Of a DNA stretch of 59,299 nt, positions 1-11,402 are shown piece after piece. The position numbers were made by a program, and so were the translations under genes. The DNA comes from Balanoglossus misakiensis (Eukaryota > Animalia > Hemichordata). The stretch lies in assembly GCA_040954595.2 (NCBI GenBank), contig JBECUI020000053.1, positions 1-59,299 on the forward strand. Direction: 5' to 3'. The notes under the pieces are model-generated. The model was not told the origin of the DNA, did not search any database, and worked only from the letters and a program-made list of their open reading frames with translations. Positions within the stretch are counted from its first letter, which is position 1; each line of letters begins with the position of its first letter.

Positions 1-3
1 ATA

Positions 4-1178
4 ATGGCACATACCATGAGAAAATGGGAACGATTACTGTTTTTGGATTATTCTTGGACTTATAGTTCTTGTTGTCGGCATTGTATCAGTCTATATTTTC
101 TTCAGTCCCAAAAGTGATGCCATTACTGCTACTGTAGAGCAGCAAGAAAACATTCGCATCCTTTTTGTCATTCACGATAATAATAAAATTCTTACCTCGA
201 ACTTGTTGTTCTAATCAGCCAATAACCGGAAAGGGCATGGTCCTGTATGTGCCCCCGAATCTTGGCGTCTTGTTACCGGTACGGAATAAACATGTTCGCA
301 TTTCCGAGATATTTCAGCCGGATGGTCCGGATAGTTATGTTGAGTTATTAGCTACGGCAATTAGGCGAGATATTCACTACTACATGCTTGTTACTTCCGA
401 ACAGATGGCAGATATGCTTGATCTACTCGGTGGCATATCAATAGATATTCCAGATGAGATCACAAAAGAAACAAAACCCTACTTGTTAAATGGAGATACC
501 ATCATACACTATCTTAATAATGTTCCCGAAGACCCCAGGCTTCGTATTCCTCATTTCAACAATCTCGTTGTTCGTCTTATTCATACATTCGGCGAGCAAA
601 GTGAACGCCTATTACACAGCGATGTACAAAGAGTGTTTAATAACATCGTTACTACGAATCTTGGTGGTAGTGCTATGCGCAGCCTTATTGCCTATTTTGC
701 ACAAGTAAGCGAGGGACAGGTTTTTCAAACGACATATTCGCGGAGTGGAACGGGTTGTGCAAGTCGGAGAAGGGGAAGAAATTTTTCTCTTTCCCCTATT
801 TTGATGGTCAGTGGCTCCTGCGCACTGTCGAACAATTTGAGCAGTCACTTATGGATCCCTCAAGCAACATGGAAACAGCTGTTTATGCAAATTGTCCTTC
901 TAAACGGGACCAGTATAAACGGGCTTGCCCGACGGACGCAAAGTCTATTTGAGCGGTATGGATTTGATGTCATTACTATCGGCAATGCACCGAGAAATGA
1001 TATTGACCAGACAGTTATTATAAGTCATAATGAGAATGTGGCCATTGCCCAACGTATTTCTGAAATTATTCGTACAACGAATGTAACATATGAGCAGAAT
1101 ACACAGGGCATTGATGCGACAATTATATTAGGAAATGACTTTGACGGAGTATATGTCAGAGAACGAGATACAGAATAG
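4..1178 (+). CDS. LCP (LytR-CpsA-Psr) family protein with C-terminal LytR_C domain; several frameshifts
   Basis: N-terminal TM helix WIILGLIVLVVGIVSVYIFF in an alternative frame; LCP-like DLLGGISIDIP; LytR_C motifs IVLLNGTSINGLA and DATIILGND. Frame changes near 45, 212 and about 730-880. Lies directly upstream of rsfS as in other spirochaetes. Confidence 0.75.
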
Positions 1179-1515
1179 TTTTATTAATAGTCTTGCACGA
1201 TACATCGAAGAACAACATGGTAGCAATGTTGTTGCACTTGATATTGGCAAGCAGTTTGTTATTGCAGATTATGCACTTATTGCGACAAGCAGAAATTCCA
1301 TACATGCAAAAACACTTGCCGAACGAATTACTTCCTTTTTGCCGGAGCATGGAATACTTCCCGTGCATCGTCGGCGGAATTTTGAAGAGCAGAGTGGATG
1401 GATCATTATTGATTGTGATAATCTCATAATTCATATTATGAGTGAGCAACAGCGCTCCTTTTACCAGTTGGAAAAACTCTGGTACGAATCGCCGTATGTA
1501 TATGGTTCTGCTTGA
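1153..1515 (+). CDS. rsfS: Ribosome silencing factor RsfS (Iojap)
   Basis: ADYALIAT, GWIIIDCDNLIIHIM and RSFYQLEKLW motifs. Confidence 0.93.
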   Translation: MSENEIQNSFINSLARYIEEQHGSNVVALDIGKQFVIADYALIATSRNSIHAKTLAERITSFLPEHGILPVHRRRNFEEQSGWIIIDCDNLIIHIMSEQQRSFYQLEKLWYESPYVYGSA

Positions 1516-1540
1516 ACTATCTAATTGTTTATGATATTAT
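1512..1540 (+). promoter_or_regulatory. Sigma70-type promoter for tRNA-Gln/rplY operon
   Basis: TTGAAC-17bp-TATTAT with TG extended -10, 10 bp before the tRNA. Confidence 0.5.
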
Positions 1541-1550
1541 TTGCCAATAA

Positions 1551-1624
1551 TGGGGTGTGGACAAGTGGTCTAAGTCACCGGGTTTTGGTCCCGGAATTCG
1601 CAGGTTCGAATCCTGCCACCCCAG
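1551..1624 (+). tRNA. tRNA-Gln(UUG)
   Basis: TGGGGTG/CACCCCA acceptor stem, CCGGG-TTTTGGT-CCCGG anticodon arm, GGTTCGAATCC T arm; CCA not encoded. Confidence 0.96.
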
Positions 1625-1645
1625 GAATTTTATTTGGAGGAAAAG

Positions 1646-2267
1646 GTGCAGCGGGTATTACTAGAAGTAAATAAAAGAGAGACAAATGGAAAATCGGCGA
1701 GCAAACAACTTCGTCGTGAAGGGTATATCCCTGCAGTTTGTCTATGGTGTTGGAGACCCAACATCAATATCTGTGGAGTCACGGCGTATGAGCAGTGCTT
1801 TTTCATACGTTTCTGAAAACATTCTTATCAATCTTGTTATAGATGGAAAGGATAAGCGTGAGGTTCTGATTAAGGATTATCAACGCAACCCCCTAACTGA
1901 TGACATACTGCATATTGACTTTCTGGAAGTTCGTCAGGACCAGGTTTTGAAGACCCATGTACCCGTGCGACTTATTGGAACGTCCACCGGTGTTCGAGAG
2001 GGTGGAATCCTGGAACAGCATCTGCATGAACTGGAAGTTGAATGTCTTCCGAAAAATCTGCCTGAACGCTTTGAGGTTGATATTTCTGATTTAGCTATTG
2101 GTGATGGCGCACATGTTTCGGATATACCTATTCCTGATGGAGTAAAGATATTGGACGAGACAGAGAGTATTGTTGTTCTTGTTAGTGCTGCAAAGGCGGC
2201 TGCTATCGTAGAGGAAGAAGAAACAGAGGCAGAAGAGGGTATTGCCGAAGAAACAAGCGAGGAGTAA
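1646..2267 (+). CDS. rplY: 50S ribosomal protein L25/general stress protein Ctc; one frameshift near 1740
   Basis: GKSASKQLRREGYIPAV in one frame joins VYG...LHIDFLEV...GVREGGILEQ in the next; GGAGG RBS before GTG. Confidence 0.92.
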
Positions 2268-2271
2268 TCCT

Positions 2272-2859
2272 TTGCCTACTTGTGTGTTAATTGTCGGGTT
2301 GGGGAACCCTGGCAATCAATACGTGAAGACACGCCATAATGTTGGATTTCGTGTAGTTGATGCATTGGCAAACAGGCAAGAAGTTTCTTTGTGCAAACCG
2401 GTATTCTCAGAATATTTATTTGCATCTTTTAATTACGAAGGATGTCGTTTCTATCTCTGCAAACCCCTTACCTATATGAACAGGTCCGGACTTGTCTTGC
2501 CCCGTTTAATGCGTAAAACAGGTGTTAGCCCTGCCGACATAGTAGTTATTGCCGATACAGTCGATTTACCTGTTGGTTCCTTGCGGATAAAAAAGGGTGG
2601 CAGAAGCACAAGCCATAATGGGTTACGCTCAATTAATTCGATACTGCCTGCTGCCGAGTATCTGCGCCTCTATGTAGGGGTTGGGCATAACAAAACAATG
2701 GAACGGGCGAGATATGTTCTTGCCCCTTGGTCGAATAGTGAAGACAGCTTGTACGACAACACATTTGAACGGGCGGCGGTTCATCTGGAGTACCTTGCAA
2801 GTAAACCATTGCAATCGATTATGAATTTGCTTAATGAAAAAACAAAGTTCTCCAGTTGA
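2272..2859 (+). CDS. pth: Peptidyl-tRNA hydrolase
   Basis: LIVGLGNPG, TRHNVGF, KPLTYMNRSG and HNGLRSI motifs. Confidence 0.96.
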   Translation: MPTCVLIVGLGNPGNQYVKTRHNVGFRVVDALANRQEVSLCKPVFSEYLFASFNYEGCRFYLCKPLTYMNRSGLVLPRLMRKTGVSPADIVVIADTVDLPVGSLRIKKGGRSTSHNGLRSINSILPAAEYLRLYVGVGHNKTMERARYVLAPWSNSEDSLYDNTFERAAVHLEYLASKPLQSIMNLLNEKTKFSS

Positions 2860-4315
2860 ATTATTGATACGGGAAGTTGATTGCCTATTAGATACCATAC
2901 AGTCGCATAGTACCATTCTTGTTGCCTATTCTGGTGGAGTGGACAGCACTGTCTTGTTTTCTTTACTCAAGCAACGTGCTCCCTTGTACGATCTTCATCC
3001 GGAAATAGTCTATGTCGACCATGCCATTCGTCCGAAGAAAGAGCGACAAGATGAGCTATTGCATATTCAGGAGCAATCAAGACCCTATCCCTTACATGTA
3101 TACCCGATCAGTACACCCATGCAGCCGGAACCGGGTACAAGTGTAGAAGCACGAGCACGAGAAGAACGATACCGCTGTTTTCGAAAAGCAGCCGAAGAAA
3201 CAGGAGCACGGGCTATTTTTCTTGCACATCATCAAGATGATCAGATAGAAACCGTTTTTCTCCAGTTCTTACGCAGCGGTTCCTTACGTGCTATTCGAGC
3301 AATGCAAGCTGTTCGTATTCTCTTCGATGATATACGTCTCTATCGCCCCTTACTGAAAATTTCCAGTGCAATTATCCTTCGTTATGCAGAGCAGGCAAAA
3401 CTGGTATGGAAAGAAGACAGTACCAACAAGAATATGAAGTATTCTCGTAACTATTTGCGGCACCAGCTCATTCCGGCGATAGCAGAATCCTTTCCCGGCT
3501 ATCGAAAGTCCTTGCTGCGTACTGCCCAAGAGGCAAGCGAGTTAATTGAGATCATGGACAGCCGTCTTATCAGCGGAAGTGAATCGGAGGAAGGAATTCG
3601 GATAGACCTTCGTGGCTTCTGTGTTCTCGGGAAAACTGCTCGCTTGCAGGTTATACGGAATGCCTGCAAGGCTCTATACTCCAGGCATGCGCCTTGCATC
3701 TATTCGGTAGGCATTAACAGAGAGTTAGCAGGAGGCATTGGCAAGATTGAGTTTGACAGACTGGAGGCCTCTTTTTTGCGACCATTGCTTACCCTTGCAT
3801 ATAAAGATCTCCCTCCCCTCTCCAATTCCTCTTCCCGGCGACTGCTTTTGCAAGGGCGAAGAATTCAGTTTATACTGCATCCCAACCATATACTGTGTAC
3901 ATATCGTATTGAAAATTTTTTTTCTGGATATTTTTTTTATGTACGTGATAATAGCGTTCAATTCTCTATACAACATTCAGGATGTATGGTACACTTTATG
4001 GACAAAGTTATGCATACAGTGCCCTATACCGGGATACAAGGTGAAGGAATAATTATTCGTTCAATAGAAAAGGGAGACAGTCTGATGACAAACAATGGAT
4101 TTCAGCTGGTTTCAGATATGCTGAAGAACGTTATGAAGCAATATCGTGCCCTTGTTCCAGTGGTGGAGGATGCGAATGGTATTGCCGCGGTCTTGGCAAC
4201 TTTTGTCGGAGGCGGAGAATATTTCCGTACCGATTCCGATAGCGTAGAAAATGTTATGCAAATTCAGATACAGTGCATAGAAAATAAACAAAAATTTTTA
4301 AGGAGTGAACAGTGA
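2834..4315 (+). CDS. tilS: tRNA(Ile)-lysidine synthetase
   Basis: PP-loop AYSGGVDS, EARAREERY, LAHHQDDQIET, EDSTN...SRNYLRH. Confidence 0.94.
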   Translation: MKKQSSPVELLIREVDCLLDTIQSHSTILVAYSGGVDSTVLFSLLKQRAPLYDLHPEIVYVDHAIRPKKERQDELLHIQEQSRPYPLHVYPISTPMQPEPGTSVEARAREERYRCFRKAAEETGARAIFLAHHQDDQIETVFLQFLRSGSLRAIRAMQAVRILFDDIRLYRPLLKISSAIILRYAEQAKLVWKEDSTNKNMKYSRNYLRHQLIPAIAESFPGYRKSLLRTAQEASELIEIMDSRLISGSESEEGIRIDLRGFCVLGKTARLQVIRNACKALYSRHAPCIYSVGINRELAGGIGKIEFDRLEASFLRPLLTLAYKDLPPLSNSSSRRLLLQGRRIQFILHPNHILCTYRIENFFSGYFFYVRDNSVQFSIQHSGCMVHFMDKVMHTVPYTGIQGEGIIIRSIEKGDSLMTNNGFQLVSDMLKNVMKQYRALVPVVEDANGIAAVLATFVGGGEYFRTDSDSVENVMQIQIQCIENKQKFLRSEQ

Positions 4316-6204
4316 ATCAGGAAGAAAAAGAGCCGGATCAAAAGAAAAAACAAAATGGAGGGTTGAATTTCCAGAACAATCGATTTGCGCTGACAATACT
4401 TATTGTCATTTTGGCAATGATTGGCTTTATGTTTTTTACAACGAGTCAGCAAGCGGTCAACGAGATACCATATTCCCAATTCTTAGGATATCTGCAGGCA
4501 GGACAGGTACAGTCCGTACGAATTATAGACCAAGTAGAAATCATTGGTCTCTTAAAGAGCAACAGTTCCTTTCAGACAAAGATTCCATACTTTGACAATC
4601 AACTTGTAGACATTCTTCGGGAAACTCAGGTGCAGTTTTCAGGAGAAGTAAAACCGATGTCAATATGGCAAATTTTGTTGGGCATTTTCCCGTGGATATT
4701 TATTATCTTTATTGCTTGGTTTATGTTTCGCCAGATACAGGGGAACGGTTCGCGTGCGTTTTCATTTGGAAAAAGTACTGCACGGCGGTATCATAATGAT
4801 GATAAACGTATTACCTTTGCCGATGTAGCTGGGCAATACGAAGCAAAAGAAGAACTACGCGAAGTGGTGGAATTTCTTAAATCACCTGATAAGTTTCTGA
4901 GTATGGGAGCCCGCATACCGAAGGGAGTTCTACTCGTTGGGCAGCCAGGTACCGGAAAAACCCTCCTTGCCCGTGCTTGTGCCGGCGAAGCAGCAGTTTC
5001 ATTCTTTCATATGTCCGGTTCGGACTTTGTCGAAATGTTTGTAGGCGTCGGTGCCAGTCGTGTTCGGGATCTTTTTTCCAATGGAAAGAAGAATGCTCCC
5101 TGTATTTTGTTTATTGATGAGCTTGATGCAGTTGGACGAGTTCGCGGTGCAGGCTATGGCGGTGGTCATGATGAGCGCGAACAGACCCTCAACCAGCTCC
5201 TTGTTGAGATGGACGGATTTGGCACAAATGAAAGCGTCATTGTAATGGCAGCAACGAACAGACCGGATGTGCTCGATTCGGCACTTCTGCGACCAGGGCG
5301 CTTTGATCGGCAAGTATATATTGATATGCCCGACCAGCAGGAACGCGAAGAAATTCTTGAAATCCATAGTAAAAAACTTTCCCTTTCGAAGGACGTGGAT
5401 CTCAGCAAGATTGCCCGTTCATTGCCGGGAACTTCAGGTGCGGACCTTGCCAATCTTGCGAATGAGGCGGCACTCCATGCAAGCAGACGGAGTAAGCGAA
5501 AAGTTTCCCAAGCAGATTTTGATGAAGCACGCGATAAGATTCTCATGGGACTTGCCCGTAAGTCACGTATTATATCCGATGAAGACCGGCTACGAACCGC
5601 TCGACATGAATCGGGACATGCACTTCTGCATTATTATCTTAAATGGTCCGATCCTCTTTACAAGGTTAGCATTATCCCGCGTGGTAAAACCCTTGGAGTT
5701 GCCTTCTCACTTCCTGAACGGGATGTTTACAGTCGTGGTAAAGGTTATCTTCTGGATCGCATCAAGATCTGTTACGGTGGATATGTTGCAGAGGATATGT
5801 TTTATAATGAGACCAGTACGGGGGTGCAACAAGATCTAAAAATGGCAACAGACATTGCACGCCGGATGGTTTTGGAATGGGGCATGAGCAGTATCGGTCC
5901 TATAGCATTTGGGCAAGAAGACGAGCCTATCTTTCTTGGGAAAGAAATTGCGACGCATAAAGACTATTCAGATGACACAGCACATCGGATCGATAAGGCG
6001 ATTTCAGGAATCCTAGACGATTGTATGGCAGCAGCAAATCGCTTACTTCAAGAGCATAAGAAGGATGTTGAAACACTTGCCCAATCGCTTATGGAACGGG
6101 AAACACTAACAGATGAAGATATCAGGGAACTCTTGAACTTGAAACCTGATGTCAAACAAACGAAATTGCCAAAACCGAAAAAAAAGGACAAATCTTCTGA
6201 ATGA
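4312..6204 (+). CDS. ftsH: ATP-dependent zinc metalloprotease FtsH
   Basis: Two TM helices, Walker A GQPGTGKT, Walker [26 protein letters not shown] zinc motif. Confidence 0.98.
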   Translation: MNQEEKEPDQKKKQNGGLNFQNNRFALTILIVILAMIGFMFFTTSQQAVNEIPYSQFLGYLQAGQVQSVRIIDQVEIIGLLKSNSSFQTKIPYFDNQLVDILRETQVQFSGEVKPMSIWQILLGIFPWIFIIFIAWFMFRQIQGNGSRAFSFGKSTARRYHNDDKRITFADVAGQYEAKEELREVVEFLKSPDKFLSMGARIPKGVLLVGQPGTGKTLLARACAGEAAVSFFHMSGSDFVEMFVGVGASRVRDLFSNGKKNAPCILFIDELDAVGRVRGAGYGGGHDEREQTLNQLLVEMDGFGTNESVIVMAATNRPDVLDSALLRPGRFDRQVYIDMPDQQEREEILEIHSKKLSLSKDVDLSKIARSLPGTSGADLANLANEAALHASRRSKRKVSQADFDEARDKILMGLARKSRIISDEDRLRTARHESGHALLHYYLKWSDPLYKVSIIPRGKTLGVAFSLPERDVYSRGKGYLLDRIKICYGGYVAEDMFYNETSTGVQQDLKMATDIARRMVLEWGMSSIGPIAFGQEDEPIFLGKEIATHKDYSDDTAHRIDKAISGILDDCMAAANRLLQEHKKDVETLAQSLMERETLTDEDIRELLNLKPDVKQTKLPKPKKKDKSSE

Positions 6205-7853
6205 AGTCTTTTTTTCTTTGCAGCCTTGTTATCGGGGTGAATCTATATGCAGTTGATTATGCAGTTGATTATGCGATTGATGCGGAAATTGCACGCGAGT
6301 TGACTTCGCAAGCCTGGACTATTTATAACGAGGGAGATCTAAGGGCTGCAGGACAATTAGCTCGTGAGGCTCTGGCCTTCGACCCTGAGAATGCTGCTAC
6401 TCTTTATTTAAGCCTTGCAGACTTACACACTGATAGCAAGCAAACAGTTCACTTATTGGCAACGCTGGAAAAGGCACTGAATGCTGATTCCTGGCAGTCT
6501 CCTTTACTGCGGAATATGGCCTTGGCGGATTATGCAAGATTACTCACACAAGTTGGCGACTATCACCGACTTATAGATTACCTGGAACAAGGCGAGACCG
6601 GAGTCATGGATAATGATCTTCGTTACTTTTTAGCCCATGCTTATTATCAGGTTGGCGAGAAAAATGCAGCCCATGCGACCATCGATCAGAGCACTGACCC
6701 CTTCGATCGTCGCTTCTTTGTGCTCCGAGTCATGCATTCACCCCAGCTTTTCCCCAGCTATGATGTATACCGTTGGTTGGAAGCCAATAAAGTAGGCACA
6801 AAACCTGTTTTAGACCTTTTACGTTACTATACTGATCTTCTCTTGAATCAAGGGGAAGAGGAGGAGGTAGCACGACTCATTCAGCGTTATTACGAGTTGG
6901 GGGGAGAGGATCCCTTCGTTGCTCTAACTGCATTGAAGAACGGTATGGACAAGACAGTTTATAGCGAACAATTTTTCCTTCAAGGGGGAGCAGAGGATAA
7001 ATATCTTATTGATCGGGTAATGGAAGAAGAGAAACTCACAGCATTTCATCAGGAAATCATTGACTATTTAAGCGACTTTACCGGAATTCTGGGTTATGAT
7101 AGTAACCGAGACGGCATTGATGAGGCAAAATACAGGGTAGAAAGAGGACGGGTGCTTGCTTGGCATATTGACAGGAATCAGAATGGGCAGGACGAGTATG
7201 TCATTGAATATAAGTCCTCCTTGCTTACATTTCGTTCGGAAAAAGCTGCCATGTTTTTTGAGTATCGACTGTATCCGGACTTGGGAAGAATTACCACCTA
7301 TACCGACGATTACTTTGAGGTCTGGTATCCCGGTTATAACCAGTTGCATCTTTCTATTCTCCACCAACCGACCTCAGTCGATCTTCTTACAGGGATATCC
7401 GCTTGGGAAGGCTTCGATCTTCTTTCTTCGATAACATTTCCCACAGTGCAGGATCTTGTAACCGGACTCTTTCTCCGACATCACGGTAATTACATTACAT
7501 ACTATCGTGATGGCGAAGCCTGGCTGGAGGTCTATGATACGAACGAAGATCAAACTATTGATGAAGTCTATTTCTTGTCTGCCGGAGTTCGTACACTGTC
7601 CATGCACGATCAGGACTATAACAGCAGCTTTGAGACCTTTCTTCGGTATCGTGATGGTATTCCCGAATACACCCTTGTTAATACCGATAATGATGACAGT
7701 ATTGAATATATAGCAGGGTGGGATGCTGGCGAAATTATTTTTCTTGTCGATCCCTATCCAATAGAAGAAGAGCGCTTACAGTTACAGAGTTTATATCATT
7801 TTGCCGAGCAAGCACAGTTACGATTGATGGACATCATGAATGATCAAGAATAG
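6201..7853 (+). CDS. Secreted TPR-like protein with C-terminal DxDxDG-type repeats
   Basis: Signal peptide, helical TPR-like N-half, repeated DSNRDGIDE / DRNQNGQDE / DTNEDQTIDE / DQDYNSSFE motifs. Confidence 0.65.
   Translation: MKSFFLCSLVIGVNLYAVDYAVDYAIDAEIARELTSQAWTIYNEGDLRAAGQLAREALAFDPENAATLYLSLADLHTDSKQTVHLLATLEKALNADSWQSPLLRNMALADYARLLTQVGDYHRLIDYLEQGETGVMDNDLRYFLAHAYYQVGEKNAAHATIDQSTDPFDRRFFVLRVMHSPQLFPSYDVYRWLEANKVGTKPVLDLLRYYTDLLLNQGEEEEVARLIQRYYELGGEDPFVALTALKNGMDKTVYSEQFFLQGGAEDKYLIDRVMEEEKLTAFHQEIIDYLSDFTGILGYDSNRDGIDEAKYRVERGRVLAWHIDRNQNGQDEYVIEYKSSLLTFRSEKAAMFFEYRLYPDLGRITTYTDDYFEVWYPGYNQLHLSILHQPTSVDLLTGISAWEGFDLLSSITFPTVQDLVTGLFLRHHGNYITYYRDGEAWLEVYDTNEDQTIDEVYFLSAGVRTLSMHDQDYNSSFETFLRYRDGIPEYTLVNTDNDDSIEYIAGWDAGEIIFLVDPYPIEEERLQLQSLYHFAEQAQLRLMDIMNDQE
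6246..6281 (+). repeat. In-frame 12-bp tandem repeat (TATGCAGTTGAT x2 plus a degenerate third copy)
   Basis: Directly visible; encodes YAVD-YAVD-YAID near the signal-peptide cleavage region. Confidence 0.85.
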
Positions 7854-9600
7854 TGTAGGACTTCTTGTTCCTTTCTTTATTTTTATGGGTTGTGTAACGA
7901 CATCCGTAGCTGTGGATGATGTTCTTTTGCATTCTCGTGAGAGCTACATTCGTATGATGAGCGAAGAACTCATTGCGGGTGAGTATGCGCGTGTCTTTGC
8001 TTTGGCACATAATAGAGAGGACATTTTATCCGAGTCCGTGCAGAAACTTTTTTCAGACAGGGTACGAGATGCAATGAAAGAGGATTTCTTGCATGCAATA
8101 TCTGAACGGGATATACTGAAATTTCAACGTTTATATGCAAGCCTGCATGCTATTCAGGAAGATGTGGATATGAGTGCAGAAGAGTTTATTCGCTTCAGGC
8201 AGCAATACTACAGCGAAGAGGAAAACATCGTATTACTGCTTCATTTTTTGATACGCGACAAGAACATAGATCAGTTGACGGATAAGGAATTGCTCCGATA
8301 TTCCGAATATGCACAGCAATACGGATACCAAGATGTATTGAAAACATTAACGTCAGCCTTAGATGAACGCAACCTATCCTATCCGGCTATCTATCGGGAA
8401 GCACATGTGCCGAGCCCCTCGGAAATGATACAGGGAACAGTAACGGTCTGGGTAGATAAGGGCACTGCATTTGACCGTGGCATGGGATACAAGGATGGAA
8501 CACTGGGAACCGGATTTTTTATCGACTACGAGGGACATATTTTGACGAACTACCATGTTATTGCCAGCGAAGTTGATACGAGCTATGAGGGATATTCCCG
8601 CTTATATATTACCACCGCAGAAAATCCGGAGCAGTTTGTTCCTGCACAAGTCATATCCTATGACCGGATATTGGATTTAGCATTATTAAAGACCGAAATT
8701 ACACCCCCCTATGTTTTCCCCCTTCATACTATTGGTGAAATAGAAATCGGTATGCAGGTAATTGCCTTAGGTTCTCCCATCGGTCTATACAATACTGCAA
8801 CATCAGGCATTGTATCTGCTATAGACCGACCACTCTTACCGTTAGGAACTGTTTTCCAATTTGATGCATCAACCTATCCGGGTAATTCGGGTGGTCCACT
8901 TATTTCCGACAAGGGGCAGCTTCTTGGTGTTGTTTTTGCCGGCATTAAAGACGGTGACGGGTTAAATTTTGCAATTCCAACCGAGTGGGTACAATCCTTG
9001 CTGGAACGCCTCTATTTTGGAGAAGCAGTGCAGCATTCATGGTTGGGAGTAGCATTAATTAAAGAAGATGAGCAGTTGCGGGTTACCTATGTTGTACCTG
9101 ACACACCTGCTGCTGAGGCAGGAATCCAGCAAAACGATATTTTATTGGATATCAACGGACACTATCTGGCTGAATTAGCTGGCGCACAAGCTATGCTCTC
9201 CAATTATTTGTCAGGTACCATTGTTCGAACTAGGTGGCAAAGAAATGAAGAAGTGAGAGAACTCTATCTTGAGACAAGGGTGCGGCCTGGCAGTCCTATA
9301 GAGCATGCATTGGAGTTTCACCCCTATGATTACCTGCTCCCATCTCTTATGGGGGTACAGGTCGAACGGATTGACTATCGGTACAAGAACTCCCGTCTTA
9401 TTGTTGTTGAAGTGTATCCGGGCAGTTATGCGGAGTTTATGGGATTTCTCCCAGGCGATGAAATAACGGTGCAAGCTGGCATAATTATTCCTGAGGATCG
9501 CAGAGTTGTTTTTTCAATCAATTCCCGCCAGAGACAGGATACTTTTCTGACACGAAATCGGCAATTAGCCTTTTCTCTTGATATAGGATTATTTCTTTAG
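7840..9600 (+). CDS. HtrA/DegP-like trypsin serine protease with PDZ domains, probable lipoprotein
   Basis: Triad motifs LTNYHV, DLALL and GNSGGP; PDZ-like WLGVAL...TPAAEAGI; lipobox-like FMGC. Confidence 0.88.
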   Translation: MIKNSVGLLVPFFIFMGCVTTSVAVDDVLLHSRESYIRMMSEELIAGEYARVFALAHNREDILSESVQKLFSDRVRDAMKEDFLHAISERDILKFQRLYASLHAIQEDVDMSAEEFIRFRQQYYSEEENIVLLLHFLIRDKNIDQLTDKELLRYSEYAQQYGYQDVLKTLTSALDERNLSYPAIYREAHVPSPSEMIQGTVTVWVDKGTAFDRGMGYKDGTLGTGFFIDYEGHILTNYHVIASEVDTSYEGYSRLYITTAENPEQFVPAQVISYDRILDLALLKTEITPPYVFPLHTIGEIEIGMQVIALGSPIGLYNTATSGIVSAIDRPLLPLGTVFQFDASTYPGNSGGPLISDKGQLLGVVFAGIKDGDGLNFAIPTEWVQSLLERLYFGEAVQHSWLGVALIKEDEQLRVTYVVPDTPAAEAGIQQNDILLDINGHYLAELAGAQAMLSNYLSGTIVRTRWQRNEEVRELYLETRVRPGSPIEHALEFHPYDYLLPSLMGVQVERIDYRYKNSRLIVVEVYPGSYAEFMGFLPGDEITVQAGIIIPEDRRVVFSINSRQRQDTFLTRNRQLAFSLDIGLFL

Positions 9601-9602
9601 TA

Positions 9603-11402
9603 ATGAGTTTGAAAAAGATTCGCAATTTTTGCATTATTGCACATATAGACCATGGAAAATCGACCCTTGCAGACAGGTGCATCGAAATAGCACATATTCT
9701 CACACAACGGGAATTACACAATCAGATGCTTGATAGCATGGACATTGAACAGGAGCGGGGCATAACTATCAAGTCTCAAACTGTTTCTTTACCGTATGAA
9801 TATGGGGGAACGTTGTTTGAATTGAATCTCATTGACACCCCCGGGCATGTTGATTTTTCCTATGAAGTCAGTAGGGCGGTTTCTGCATGCGAAGGTGCCA
9901 TTTTGCTTGTTGATGCAACGCAAGGGGTACAAGCACAGACAGTATCAAATATGTATCTTGCCTTAGAGCATAATCTGGAAATAATACCAGTTATCAATAA
10001 GGTCGATCTCCCAGCTGCAGATGTTAAACGGGTCAGGCAGGAACTCAATGATGTGCTTGGCTTTATGGATTCTGACATCCTGCAAATATCCGCGAAAACT
10101 GGGCAAGGATTGGATGAGCTATTAGCAGCAGTTATTGAACGAGTTCCCTCACCGGGAACAGACACTGAAGTACCCACACAAGCTCTTCTCGTAGACAGTC
10201 ATTATGACACGTACCGTGGGGTCATTCTTCATGTCCGGGTGTATAATGGGCGCATTAAACCGAAGGATGAAATACAGTTTTATGCTACCGGTGGTAGCTA
10301 TGTAGTAGAAGAGACCGGTAAGCTACGTATTAACCTCTGTCCAACAGATGAGCTATCAGCAGGAGAATTTGGTTATATCATTGCAGGTATAAAAAGAATC
10401 AGCGATGTACAAGTTGGCGACACCCTTACCCAGGCGGACAATCGCTGCAAAGAGCCCCTTCCGGGTTTTCATCCCGTCAAGCCGATGGTTTTTTCATCGA
10501 TTTTCCCCAGCGACGTGGACGACCACCCCGACTTAGTTGCGGCAATGGATAAGCTACAGCTGAACGATGGTGCATTAGTCTTTCACAAAGATGTTTCATT
10601 ATCCTTAGGAAATGGTTTTCGCTGCGGCTTCTTAGGGCTTCTGCATATGGAAGTAGTTCAGGAACGTCTGGAGCGCGAGTTTTCGCTCAGTATCGTCCTA
10701 ACGGCTCCTTCTGTTCGTTACATGATAGAATTGAAGAGCGGCGAGACAATAGAGGTCGAAAATCCACAATCTTTTCCCGATCCGTCTCGTATAGCGAATA
10801 GTAACGAACCCTGTATTCGTGCGTATCTCATTACTCCGACTGAGTATCTAGGCAATATTATGCGTCTATGTGCTGAACGGCGGGGTATTTCAGTTGATAC
10901 GAAGTATATTGACAGCACTCGCGTAGAGTTGTACTACGATATGCCGCTAGCCGAAATTCTCTATGATTTTTACGACCAGTTAAAATCTCTCAGCCGCGGC
11001 TATGCCTCCTTTGATTATGAAGTGCATGATTATATGCCCGTTGATGTAGTTCGACTTGATATTCTACTCAATAGCAACCGGGTCGATGCCCTATCTCAGC
11101 TCGTTTGGCGGGGCAATGCGGAGCAACGCGCCCGGCAAATATGCCTTGCACTCAAGAATGAAATTCCGCGTCATCAGTTTTCTATTCCCATTCAGGGATG
11201 TATCGGAAGTAAAATTATTGCTCGCGAAACGATCCCTCCCTTTCGCAAAGATGTAACCGATAAGTGTTATGGAGGCGATATTACACGGAAGAAGAAACTG
11301 CTTGCAAAGCAAAAATCGGGAAAGAGGCGCATGAAAATGGTAGGAAACGTCGAGCTCCCGCAGAGTGCATTCTTAACGGTACTAAAAACACGGGACGATT
11401 AG
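9603..11402 (+). CDS. lepA: Translation elongation factor 4 (LepA)
   Basis: IRNFCIIAHIDHGKSTLADR, DTPGHVDF, NKVD, KCYGGDITRKKKLL. Confidence 0.98.
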   Translation: MSLKKIRNFCIIAHIDHGKSTLADRCIEIAHILTQRELHNQMLDSMDIEQERGITIKSQTVSLPYEYGGTLFELNLIDTPGHVDFSYEVSRAVSACEGAILLVDATQGVQAQTVSNMYLALEHNLEIIPVINKVDLPAADVKRVRQELNDVLGFMDSDILQISAKTGQGLDELLAAVIERVPSPGTDTEVPTQALLVDSHYDTYRGVILHVRVYNGRIKPKDEIQFYATGGSYVVEETGKLRINLCPTDELSAGEFGYIIAGIKRISDVQVGDTLTQADNRCKEPLPGFHPVKPMVFSSIFPSDVDDHPDLVAAMDKLQLNDGALVFHKDVSLSLGNGFRCGFLGLLHMEVVQERLEREFSLSIVLTAPSVRYMIELKSGETIEVENPQSFPDPSRIANSNEPCIRAYLITPTEYLGNIMRLCAERRGISVDTKYIDSTRVELYYDMPLAEILYDFYDQLKSLSRGYASFDYEVHDYMPVDVVRLDILLNSNRVDALSQLVWRGNAEQRARQICLALKNEIPRHQFSIPIQGCIGSKIIARETIPPFRKDVTDKCYGGDITRKKKLLAKQKSGKRRMKMVGNVELPQSAFLTVLKTRDD

